NCBI RefSeq assembly: GCF_009914755.1
Contig: NC_060929.1
DNA: 64,000 bases
From: the human T2T-CHM13v2.0 reference genome, Homo sapiens
Strand: one strand, 5' to 3'
Each line of letters begins with the position of its first letter. Positions within the stretch are counted from its first letter, which is position 1. A program made the translations under genes and the position numbers. The notes below the pieces were generated by a model. The model did no database searches. It worked only from the letters and a program-made list of their open reading frames with translations, and was not told where the DNA came from. Positions 41,911-54,520 of this stretch are shown here, piece by piece.

Positions 41911-43195
41911 CCTCCTACAATACCCTCTCTTAGATTACTCCCATATTAAACCACTGACACATTTAACCACAAAAATACAATAACACAAACATTAAACCAC
42001 ATCATTCCTATAAGAAACAAGTTTTTTAAAAGCCATAAAGCTCCTAAGCTAATGATATTTGTTTCTTCATGAAAGCATAAATAGATGAATTACTTTTTAT
42101 TTGACCATTCTTTTTTATTTTCTTTGTCAGCAAAAGCAGTTTTATCTGACCAGATGCCTTTTTTTGTAGAGGAATATCACTAGAATTGATCAATTAAACC
42201 ATTTGGCTATATATAAAAGTTTCTATCATTTTCAAAATATTTTCAGAGTAACCTAAAGCAAATCTATCATTGTAACCTACTGTGTCATATAAATGTATAA
42301 TACAAATGATGCTTACAGCAGATTGTAAAATATCTACATTAATCCTCAGTCCCTTTGATAGTTATAAACCATCTGCAGTTGCTAGTTACACAAAGAAACC
42401 ATCTCATGCCAAAGCAGAACCACCAGCAAGGGTTACAAATTTATCTTAATCTGTATGCATACTTGCCTTGGAGATTGAATTTTGAAATCATATTATTTGC
42501 TATTTGTAAATGTCATTTAGTCACTATCTCCCAAACACCCAGAGTGAAGAGTAAGGAATCACTCATAAGTCACAAACTAATTCTATGTGTTCACTGCGAC
42601 ATTAATCTTAAATATACATATAATCCAATTGGAATGTAAGTTCAAAACTAAGGGCTTCAGAGTATCCTTACCCTATTTCCAATTTACCTGCCAAGGGCAA
42701 ACTGGGCATGACACTTGACCTGTGACACAAATTTGCCTATCTTGCACTCATACATTCAGTTTGGTCTTGAGGTAATGAGACAGTATTCTACATAGATAAA
42801 AGTATGAAAGGAGAAAAATAAATTTTTATAGCGAAGAGTAAGTTGTCCAGATGCCTAAAACAACAAACTATATAATTAACCTGTGGGCCACAGGCCATGA
42901 AAGCAAGTTAAATGCATATCTAAAAATCAGGAGATGGGAATACAGCTGTTAATAATGCCAAAAAGTATGATTAGTCTTTTCTTTGTTAATTTATAGACAT
43001 TTTAAAAATCAGTTATATATTAGGTCCCTTGAAATTATGAATTAATAACAAACCATCATTAAAGTAGAAAAAAATCATGAAGAAATCCAGGCATATGCGG
43101 GTGGAAGATCCTACAGTATACATGCAATGTAGGCCCCTGACAGAGAGCCAGCAATTGGATAATGTTAAAATGATACATAGGCCATAAGCAAAACA

Positions 43196-43352
43196 ATACA
43201 TTTTATATATATTAAATATATAAATACATATATTATATATTTATATATAACTTTTAAAAATATATAGCATATATATTTGATATATACTATATAGTCTATA
43301 TAATATATATTTAATATTTATATTATATACATTTTTAAAAAAATTTAAAATA
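43196..43352. repeat. AT-rich (TA)n low-complexity tract
   Basis: Degenerate TA repeats read directly. Confidence 0.85.
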
Positions 43353-43503
43353 TTTTCCAGTGAAGACACAAAACTCATGTCATGTTGAGTTCAGGGAGAG
43401 AAACAAATAATAACCTTTTATTTAGTGTGTAGAGATTATTTTTCAAATCTGAAGTGGTATGAGGATTTCAAGCAGGGAAATCTGAGGAATAAAGCATCCA
43501 TGC

Positions 43504-43911
43504 AGTATAAATTTGCTAGGACCTCCACAAAAAAGAAACACTGGGTGACTTAAACAACAGGCATTTATTTTCTCACATTTCCAAAGGCTAGAAGTCCAAG
43601 GCCAAGATGTAAACAGCATTGCTTTCTTCTGAAGGGCTGTGAGGGGAGTGTCTGTTGCAGGCACCTCTGCTGGGCTCCTAGGTGGCTGTCTTCTTCCTGT
43701 GCCTTCACATCATCTTCTCTCTGTGTCAGTGTCCAAATTTCCTCTTCTTATAAGGACATCAGTCATGTTGGATTAGACTGGCCCTAATGACCTCATTTTA
43801 ACTTAGTTGTCTTTGTAAATACCCTGTCTCGAAATATGGTCACATTCTGAGGTACTGGGAGTTCGGACTTCAACATATGGATTTTTGAGGGAACATAATT
43901 CAGCCCATATA
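43504..43911 (-). mobile_element. MLT1A/B-type MaLR LTR
   Basis: CTGGGTGACTTAAACAACAG...CCTCTTCTTATAAGGACA...GGTCACATTCTGAGGTACTGGG...ATTCAGCCCA. Confidence 0.85.
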
Positions 43912-45708
43912 TACATGCTATGTATTTTTGCTAAGATGTTTTTTGGAGTCTTTGTTTTAGTTTGTTTAAAGAGCTACAGTGAATGGAGGAGTAAAGCCTT
44001 TCCACTTAATTCAGAATATGTAAGTTCACCAGAACCCACATAACTGAATTAAATGTCAAGCAAGAGCCCAAAGTAGATGAAGGAAGAAATTCTACATATT
44101 CTTTACTAGAAAAGAAGCAGTGACAATTTGAAGGAGACACCTTGATCCATACATTTGGCCCTTACTACCTCATAGTAACAATAATACTATCCAAAGATAG
44201 AGATTCATCAACAAATTAGAGAAACACTTTTAATTGCAAAGTGAACAGATAAATTTAGGATTCTTTATGTTAAAATCAGAGTCAATTACGTATGAAACTT
44301 CTTTACTGGAAAACACGATAAAGTATTGTGATTATAATGATATGGGATATCAAATCAATGATATTGTTTATTCTCAATTTTTCAGTTTTCTGATATCTAT
44401 ATAGGCTGATTTTCATTATTAGAATAAGTTCGTTAATTGAAGTATTTGGCTTTTTTTGTTTTTAGGTTTGTCTTTTTTATTAAGAGGATATGAGTAGGAA
44501 TATGAAAAATGTGAGATTTCCTGGGCTTTTTTTTACCCTTAGTGAAAAACCAGGCAGACCTGCCTGAATACCAGTGAAGACTAGCCTATCACTTCCTGCT
44601 AACATATTCCATTTCAAAATTTTCACCATGAAACATGTATGCATTTAAAATAAGAAGCTAAAGCAAATCTATTTCAGCAAGGCTTTTGACTTTAGATTTA
44701 TACTCTCCCCTCCAGACATCATCAGCTCCCTGGAAATGCCACCAATGAGTCTAGGTTGAAAGAAGTCAAAAGCATTGATGTTTCTTGGCAAACACATATT
44801 CCTCCCTTCTGACTTTCAATCATAGCTTCAAAACACCATGGGATGATGCTAGGTTCTGCTTCACTTACCTTGGGATGTGGCCTGTTTTAGCTCTTGTGCT
44901 GGTGACTCACCAAATACATCTCTTTTATTAATTCTTATATCTATTACTATCAGTCAACACTGAGGCTGAAACAGCTTTTCCAAATGTCAGAAATAAACAG
45001 TGTTTTCCTGTAAGCTTGGAGGGGAAAAAATAGATGAGAGCATTGGATATGTAAAACCCTACACTCTATATAATTGGCTTAGAAAACTGTGTTTTTAAAT
45101 CTGTCTTTTGAAAGTTGGAGCCTATTCTAAAGTTTTAATTGTCCCTACTCAGATTTTGGGGCCAAGATTTGCTTGCCCTATTTTCAGTTTTCTGGTATCT
45201 ACACAGAAGTTGATTTTCATTATTAAGACAAGATTACTGGTTAAGGTGTTTGTGGGTTTAGGGGTTTTGCCTATGTGTTTGTTCATTTGTTTATTTGGAA
45301 GTGTTCCATTTACCATTTACTGATTTTTCCTTAAAAGCCTTCTATCTCTGCTCCTCATAGTTCATAACTATAGTTACTGCGTCTTCTCTTTAAGTGGGAA
45401 GGGATAAAGGGACTTGGCCTCTCTAAACACAGAGGCAAAATGTAAACAAACTTAAAGCCTCCTTTTGGTAGAAATTCTACAGAAACCTTCACATGTGTTC
45501 AGAGACATATAAAACTATTCATTGAAGTATTGTTTGAAGTAGCAACAAACAGAGAAACTATAATGTCTGTTGATGGAAGAGAATAAATAAACCATGGGTT
45601 ATCAAATCAATGGAATACTATGCGGCAGTTCAAGAAAATGAGGTGGATCCATGGGTATGTAAGAGACATTTACCAGACATTTAGCCTAGAGACCCATTTC
45701 TTGCTTGC

Positions 45709-45802
45709 AGAGATGGAATATGTGGAGGGTTTAACATGCGTAGCTTGCCCATGTTTGGAGAGATGGAATATGTGGAGGGTTTAACATGTGTAGCTTGCCC
45801 AT
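45709..45802. repeat. Direct duplication, 2 x 44 bp with a 6-bp spacer
   Basis: AGAGATGGAATATGTGGAGGGTTTAACATG(C/T)GTAGCTTGCCCAT at 45709-45752 and 45759-45802; one mismatch. Confidence 0.95.
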
Positions 45803-46405
45803 CCCTTATATATGTCCCTATGTGAGCCCAGAAAAAACATTTTTTATAACAAGGCCCTTAGATATTTGATGGAGATACCAGCATTTAGAATATTTAGAAA
45901 CAAGTATTTGAATAGTGCCTGACACATAGTAAGTGCTCAAAAAATGTTCTCTATTTATATTGTCCATCTACACAGGCACCTACAGCATTAAATGGAATAA
46001 TTTTACACTGGGGAATGTGAAACACACCCTTTGTACTACTGCTTGCTGGCTTTGAGCTAACACTAATTCCTGGGGACTGGGAATAGCTCTATAGTCTACG
46101 AATCAGATTAAGGGCATAGGGGATTCAGGTTTAAAATGGAATGTTAGCATCCTCATCAGTGGGCCCCGCTGGAATCAATTATGTGGTTATCTGTAATAAC
46201 ACACTCAGGAGCTGAAGAACTGATACCCTGAATCACAGAGCCTCCCGCCAATATAGGCTTCCTAATTCAAAGAGTAAAGAATATGGAAATAAGTAATAAA
46301 TGATATACTCTGAAACATCTCTCCCTACCACAATATTTAACCAAAAGCCAAACTGCAACTCTGAGGACTGACCAGTGTCATATCAACAATGAAGACTGGA
46401 AATGC

Positions 46406-46724
46406 CGGGGACACATTCCCAGACCTCCCAGTGGATGCCTAAAACTGCAAATAGTACTGCATCCTATATACTATGTTCTTTTCCTATACATACATACCTC
46501 TGATTAAGTTAAATTTATAAATTAGGAATAGTAAGATATTAACAACAATGACTAATAACAAAATAGGACAATTATAACAATATACTATAATAAAAGTTAC
46601 GTGAATGTGGTCTCATTTTCTCCCCAACCACCACCCCCCCCATATCTTATTGTACTGTGTTTACCTGTTTTAGTGGGTAACTGAAACCATGGAAAGCAAA
46701 ACCACAGATAAAGGGGGACTACTG
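46406..46724 (-). mobile_element. MER44A-like TcMar-Tigger element
   Basis: Ends ...CCACAGATAAAGGGGGACTACTG followed by TA. Internal CCAGTGGATGCCT, TATACATACATACC, AAAGTTACGTGAATGTGGTCTC. Confidence 0.8.
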
Positions 46725-49064
46725 TATATGCACGGTTACTTCTATTTCATTGTCTTTTGATTCTCTACTTGGTTGATGAAAGAGCTAGACAGATCCTGGA
46801 GAGTACAGGTGGTGAACATCAGCTGTGAAGTAAACCTTTGCATAGAAGCACTCCATTATCAAATAAAAGTAGATTTAGGAATGAGGTTTGAACAAGCCTG
46901 AAAATCCAAGTAAATCAAAAAGGGAGATTTCTTATGCTTATTCTGGTCTAATTGCAAAGCTGCTGTATTGCAAGAACTGGATCTTGGGAGCCATTTCCAT
47001 CAGACTGTGACTACCCTGGCCTGTTCAGAAAAACCATCCCTCTCAAGAAATAGAGGCATCACATGTCCCTAGACTGGTACAATTAGACCTTTGGTTTTAA
47101 AGACCCTTTGTTCTGCATCCAAGATCACCAGGCAGCTTCTGATTCCTAAGTTGCTTGACTTTGAGGAAAGAACAGGCTAATGATACAGATTTTATCCCTG
47201 AAATCATTGTACTTTTCCCATGGTTTCTAGCCATGATGAAGTCTCTAACGGAGGTTTGTCTCCAGGGGAAAGACTGTGGTGATCATGCTCTTGCATGTAC
47301 TCCCAGGCCACATAGTAGTTATATTTTCCTTTGTTAATAAATTGTCATTTTTATGTTGACCTCAGTCATGCAAGTATTTTGGTAAGCATGAGTCAGATTC
47401 TCAGGGCCTGATCACTCCTGAGAAATGCAAATCTTTAGGGCTTCAAAAGAACCATATGTAGCCAGTATCTTTCTTAGATGACATGGCATATAGGAACACA
47501 TGTCCCTTTGGACTCTTTTGGGATGTTTTCACTTCCTTCCTCTTTCCTTTGTACATTCATTCTGTGCCTGATGTTCCCATTTTTATTTCTTCACCACTAT
47601 TTCATAATAATTTGATTTCTAGTTATCCTTCTATTCCTAGGTCTTCACTAGAGATACCAGGAGAGTTTTCTGGGAACCCATGGTTTTGCTGACACTGCTA
47701 TTGTTGTCATTAGAGATCATGGTCATATGATGAACCTAGGCCAGGACCCAGTTTTTCCTTCTCTATCCAACTGTGTCTAGGAACAATTGATACTTGATGT
47801 CTACCCAGCTAGAAAACTGGCTTCTTTATGGGTTCCTGGTATTCTGTTTCCTGAGAGATACATATGCTTATTGGTGGCTTTCCTGAGAACGCCCTGCATT
47901 TGCCTATTGCCCAAACCTGCTGCCAAAGCCAATACTCTTTATTTCCTGAATCTTACTCAAATACATTAAGCTGGATTCAATAAAGCAGTTTTCTGCTGAC
48001 CTGTCAAAAAACCAACCCCAGAAATGATTAAACTTTTCTCAAGTCCTCTTCCAAACAAGTACTGGACTGCCCAGAGATTTATCTTGGCAAAACTTGGACA
48101 CAGCAAACCTGGGGCATGCTGGGTAGAAATCCCATCATTAATCCTCAAAGAAGTGACTGAATTTACTTGGCATTCACCTTTGGCCTTTGGTCAAACATGT
48201 AAGAATTTTTTCTTAGTGACAAAACAGAACTAAAGGCACTCAGAAGAGAAATGGAGAAATGGAGAGAGAAAAGAGGGAAGGAGAATGGAAGCATAAATAA
48301 AAATGTTTCTTTTGGCTTATGGATCAGACTGATGTGTTATAGGCAAATCCCAAATGCAGACTGAAATTTATTTTATATTGTATTATTTTGTAACTGGCTT
48401 TCTAAGAGTAAATTCCCCCAGGGGAACTGTTACATCCTAAGATTTTACAATGGAAGAGCATAGAAGTTTTAAAAATTGTTTTAAAAATTATTATTTCTCC
48501 AATTCATGAGTTAGCATCTGAATCATAATAGAATAAACGACTCACTCCAAAAAGAAAGATGCATTAGCATTCCTACATAAGGTTAGTATTTTTTAACTAT
48601 TTTAAAATCAAGTAGTTGTGTCACCTAAAATAAAAGGTTTAGATTGGTTGCATTTTGAAAAGTCACTTTTTTTCAAAGCCACAGGGCTCTTATACTAGGG
48701 CAGTTAGTAAACAATCACATTTTCTCATATATCTAGTTTAGTCTGCTTAGAAGATGTCCCATTTCAAATACATGCTTCAATTAACTAATCACTTTTATAT
48801 GGGGCACCCTATAACATCATTGCACATACATCTGAACTTGTACTAATATACATGATATAAAATTAATTAACATATAAGATTTTATTTTTCAAACCTCGTT
48901 TACAGGAAAAATTTGTCCTGCATCAATAAAACTAGTAACTTAATACACACACACACACCCCACTATAGAAGTATAAAAACAATAATGATGGTAGAATTTA
49001 CATCTTTAGAAGCCACTAGTTCATTTTACATATGAAGAAACTGACAGAGAGAATTATAAGTTAG

Positions 49065-49810
49065 ATGACATCTGATTTCAAGATAGTAAAGACATTTTTG
49101 CCCACTTCTTTTAAAAATCACTCTCAAAAGACATGGGTAACAAAAACTTTAACTTCTGTGCAACTAGGAGATCTCTATAACCCTGAGCCAAATATATGAT
49201 TGCAGAAAGCATATGGGGAAATGGTAAATGACTCATCAGGAAGATAAAACCTACTGGCATGACATCAATGAGAAGCAAGCCAATCTGATCCTCAGAACCC
49301 TGGAAATTCTCAGGAAATGGAGATGGCAGTCATTATTTAAGCCAGTTTGAAAGTCCATATAAGGAGCAGTGAAAACTTCAGGTCCCTGTCTCTACAGCTG
49401 GGCAACCATACCTCTCCCATCTCACCCAACTACTAACCCAGTGCCTGAATGGGACATCAAGCACAGAGGAGGCTGGGGCACAGTGCTTTACTGAAAACTG
49501 GAGATTCAATTTTATCTGCATAAAAAAAACAATAAAATCCCTAAGCCCCTCTGCCTGCCCAGAGTCAATATGCTAAAAGCCATCACTGCACCCCACAGGA
49601 AGGAAGTTGGAAAATCCTTTTTCTGAGGATCGTTCCAGAATAAAAATCAACAGAAACTCATATTTGGAGGGAAAAGACTGCTAGCCATCTTGATAATATC
49701 CATCAGTCTATATGTCCCATCCAAACACACTGATTCCAATCAGTATTTTACTGCTTCTCTTTGAAATATAAATAGATAGGCAAGGGTAATCAGACATTTG
49801 AGAAATGTGA
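49065..49810 (+). mobile_element. Ancient L1M/HAL1 5' region relic
   Basis: Begins ACATCTGATTTCAAGAT and ends AATCAGACATTTGAGAAA, resembling old L1 5' ends. Confidence 0.4.
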
Positions 49811-51002
49811 AAAATGGAGATAAGATCTGCCTTGCTGGGCTTTGTAATAATTACATGAATTTATAAATTCACAGCATCTGGCAGAGTGAAGGTACCTGTA
49901 ATGCATCCATGGAATTCTTATATAATATAGAATTAAAATTATATGTATTTTCCCCTCTGAAAATAAATTAATATTCTTCTTCACAATATGTCTTTAAGGA
50001 TAGCATCGGAGCATTTAGCTGTTTGCTGCTGCCCTTGTTGCAGTTGTTTTTTAATAAAGAGGAAGGACTTGGCAGTTTCATGAGGGAAGCTTAAAGCAAT
50101 AGATGCTATAAAACCTGGAACATTTATTATCTGTAATGCACATTCATGGGTAGTTACACATTTAGCAACACAAAGAAACTAAAAGTCTTTAAAGGCACAT
50201 TCTTCTTTAGAGGTGTTTCCATTATAACCCCTCCTGTCTATCTGAAGCTTCTCAAAAGAGTCCCTGGGTCAATATAAATAGGTTGCAAACCAGATAATAC
50301 CTTATTATATGAATTAACAGTATATTTGCTCTGTAATACTGAAAAAAGGAACTGTCTCATAATACAATTAGAGAAAACACAGTAAACCATATTTCTAAAT
50401 AGACTATCTGATCACCAATGTTCTTTTCCCTATTACCAACTCCAGCAGTTTCTAACAGTTCTACGCCTCACACAGGGATCTTTGCTGTGGATACTTGTGA
50501 GGCTGCTCACTGGTTATTCCCTCTTCCTTGAATAACACGGCCCAGATGATACTTTTGCCAACTCTCAAACCAAGTGGTTCAGATAGAATCAATTCCATCC
50601 CTAGGTCTAGGGGTGAACATTTGATCTTTAAGAGTCAATCAGAACATCATTTCCCTATCCGCAAGCACAACAATTCATTAAGCAAAGAGCGCATGACCAC
50701 ATCAGAGATGGTTCCAGACCTTTGGCTATAGACACTAAGTGAGAATTTCTTTCCTTTCTGTTGTGCTTGAATTTGGGAAGACACAAGTCTGCGCTGCTAG
50801 GGGACAGCCCAAGGAGAAAGCTCACCTGAGAAGGAAGCCAAATTCTGAAGGGATGTAGCACCAAGATAAAAAGGGTGATTTCATTCTCATTATATCTGTC
50901 AACTGGATCTGGCAGTGCTAAAAACAAGAAATACCCTAGACTTCAGAAACATGATCCAATGAGTTCCCTTTCTTGCTTAAGCTAGTTTAGATTAGGTTTT
51001 CT

Positions 51003-51304
<302 letters not shown>

Positions 51305-52639
51305 TAGATTGGGTTTTCTATCAAACTACAATAACTGCATCTAATACAACCATGAATTTTTACATAAGTATATTCAAAATAAAACTTTTTAGTATAGTTT
51401 CCTCATCAAGTAGGCTAAACCTTCCCCACATATCTCTCACATCTAAATATTTTTCACATCTAAATAGTCTTTCAGCATAAATACAAATCACATTAATAGA
51501 GCTGAAAAGTTCTTTATAATCTTTGATTCCCTAACATCAAGTATAATTAATGCAAAGTAAGAAGCGCTTAATGTTTATTGACTGATTTGAAAGTGACAGG
51601 CTGAATAAGCAAAAAAATCTCTCACCTTGTCTAACATCAAGCCATGCAGTATAGATTCTCTGTATAGATAATCATTAATCCTAATTTAATTATTTCCAGG
51701 AATGGATGGAAACTCTCAATCTCCTTCAATGGAAAGAAAAATATTCAATTAGCTTGTCTAATCCTAATACCAAGTATCTACAATATTCTTAGCACTTGGT
51801 TAGAGACTGAAAAAAAACAGTTAAAACTGACATGGCTCTTGCTACCTAGGAACTTATCAGCTAATATGGACAACATATGGGAACAGTTCTAATGGAAATA
51901 CGGATACATGTATATAAATAAATATATACAAATAATATATAATAAATAACATAATATATAAATAATACATATAATATATATATGAACGTGTACTCGTGGA
52001 GCAAGGAACATTATTGTCATCTGCCCAAGCCTCCCAACCTGTAAAAGCATTCTTCAGATGTATCTGTGACAGATAAGTACCCTCTGCATTTGAATACTTG
52101 CAGGCACAGAGACCTCACCTCCTCTTAAGGCAGGCCAGAGCACTACTGACAGGGTCACACATCTAGGAATTTTGTCTATATATTAAAACGGTGATTCTGT
52201 CCTTTTTGGGCATGATGATACTCCACATAAACTATAGGTCCCTTTCCTTATAAGAGCTTTTCATGTCTGAGGACACAGATCTCACTTGCTTATGAGTATT
52301 CTCTTTAAGCTAAGCAAAATTATTTACATAATACTGAATCTCTTCACAATTTTCTAAATATATATTAATTTATTATACAATAATAATGGAAATCATTTAT
52401 TAAGCAATTGTTCTATGCCATGTATTGTGCTAAGTTCTTTATATACATTACACTTTCTTAAATTCCTCATAACAACTGTTTATGGTACAACAGAAGATAA
52501 TTTATCTGAGAGTTTAAATACTATAAGCATTCGAATCACTTATTTTTCGTTTTTTAAAAGAAGGCTTTTTATGATTAGACATGTTTAGTCACACCACATA
52601 ATAGGAGAAGATCAGTTTGTTACAATATGCTGTGCTAAG

Positions 52640-53870
52640 AGATGGTGTGATCTCCAAGGCTGCAAATGACAGGCAGGTGACGACAAAATGGACAATGTGG
52701 TGCTGATTATAAAGAATCATTAGAAAATGATTCTAATGAGGCTCTTTGATGTTGTAAACTTTTTATGAATCCATGGAAATATTAGCATGCTTATATGCTT
52801 ATGAATATGACACAGTAGAGAGGAAAAAACATGACTGTAAGGAATGCTGTAATTGCTGGGATGATATTCTTGTGAAAATGAGAGAAGTGGGATCCAGTAT
52901 ATAATGGTGGCTATGTGCTGGGTCAAAAGACAATTCATCTCTCTAAAAAATGAAGGAAGGCAAAGTATGTGGGTGCACAGGAAGTGTTGATGATGTGGAA
53001 ATTCTCATCAGATTGCTTACATTACTTCAGTGAACAGGAAGAATGGTCGTCTCCTGAGAGCAAGAATGAGGAGGTGGTGATAGCATTTGGAGAGACAGGG
53101 AAAAGTCTAAAATGGCCATCTGAGTGAGTTGGTGAGAAAATGGATTAGGGATGTAGACAATGATTGCTGGCTGTGCTAGGAGCCCACTTCATGTGGGCGG
53201 TCATGAATTGAAAGTGCGGCAAGTCAGCATGGTGGTGGGCTTATCCCCAGCCATGTTTATCCATGATGTAAGTAAAGAATTGTATTTATCCAGAGTTATA
53301 CATGTGTCAAAGACAAATCCAGAGAGGCACAAAACAGTGATTATAAGGATAAAGCATGAAATTAAGCTTGGTGAACAAGTGATGGAATAGCAAGGGGATA
53401 AGAGACAATAAAAGATGGTAGGATCAATGAAGGAGATATACTAATCTTTTTAATTGGACCCATTTTTTAAAGCACTTATTCTCTCAGAATCTTAATTTTG
53501 TTATTTGTCACGTTATGTATTTTTGTGTCATGTAAAAATAATGATAAATATAGCATTAATCCACTCATCCATTCACCTATTCAACAAAATTTTACTGATG
53601 GATACTAAGTGCCAGATGCTGTGGGATATAAAGTTAAATAAAACTTGACCTCAAGGACATTATAGTCTAGCAAAGAAAACAGGTAAATGAGGAACCACAG
53701 TACAGTGTGGTAAGCACCATGAAAAACTCTCTAGGAGTACAGAGCAAAGACCTCTAAATCAGACTTGAGGGTGACAGAAGACTTCCATTAAGAGGGGACA
53801 CTGGAATGGGGTTTTGAAGATCAAATAGGACTTAGTCAACAAGAGAATGAAAAAGGGCTTTCCACGGTCC
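52640..53870 (-). mobile_element. L2 fragments
   Basis: Purine-rich antisense L2 body, plus an L2 3' end (CATTCACCTATTCAACAAAATTTTACTG...GTGCCAGATGCTGTG) at about 53565. Confidence 0.55.
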
Positions 53871-53959
53871 ATCCAAAGTATGAATCAAAATGGTTACTAG
53901 GGTTGGGGTAAGACTAGAAGCTTGTGACATACCCCTAAAGACCACCTCCTAAATTATAT

Positions 53960-54520
53960 AATTTTACTGAGTAGCTACAACTGTCCTACCAGACATCCCG
54001 TTTCACACCGATCTGTTTTTCTCCATCTTGTCCATGAAGCCATCTCAAGCAAGTACTTCAAATGCCTTGCCAGAATCAAAACGCCCTATCTAGTTTCTCA
54101 GACTTCCCAATCAGGGAACCTATTTAAAGGAGAAATTGGTTTGCCATTTGTTCCTAGAAAATTTAGACAGACCCTTATAATTCGTCACTGAATTTTATCC
54201 TAAGTGCTAACAAACCACTTGTTTAATAATCTGGTACAGGATTTTGCCACTAACTGACATCAGACTTATGAATCTGTAACTTGCATGTTTCTAAAGGATG
54301 AAATCAGGCTGGGGATCAATATCTCTTTCTGAAAATATTTGAAGGATATGACAGTGTTTGAGAATCACTTTTGTGCTAAGGGAATTGAGAGGGAGAAAGT
54401 ATTGCCTAAGACAAAGGTTGAAGATAAATAGGGCAAGATAAATGGAAGAAGGAGTCAGTGCAGTGCCCTGGAGAAATGGAGTGATATTTAAGAGGTTTGC
54501 ATTCAATTCACAGAGAGGAA
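53960..54520. mobile_element. L3/CR1 fragments
   Basis: CAAATGCCTTGCCAGAATC, TTTAATAATCTG...GATTTTGCC...ACATCAGACTTA motifs. Confidence 0.45.

Noticed and set aside
45709-45802. CRISPR-like repeat-spacer array
   Set aside because: Only two copies with a 6-bp spacer, no cas genes, and the context is human DNA.
51437-51467. Short 17-bp-period duplications (here and at about 4434-4463)
   Set aside because: Ordinary slippage duplications with no further structure.
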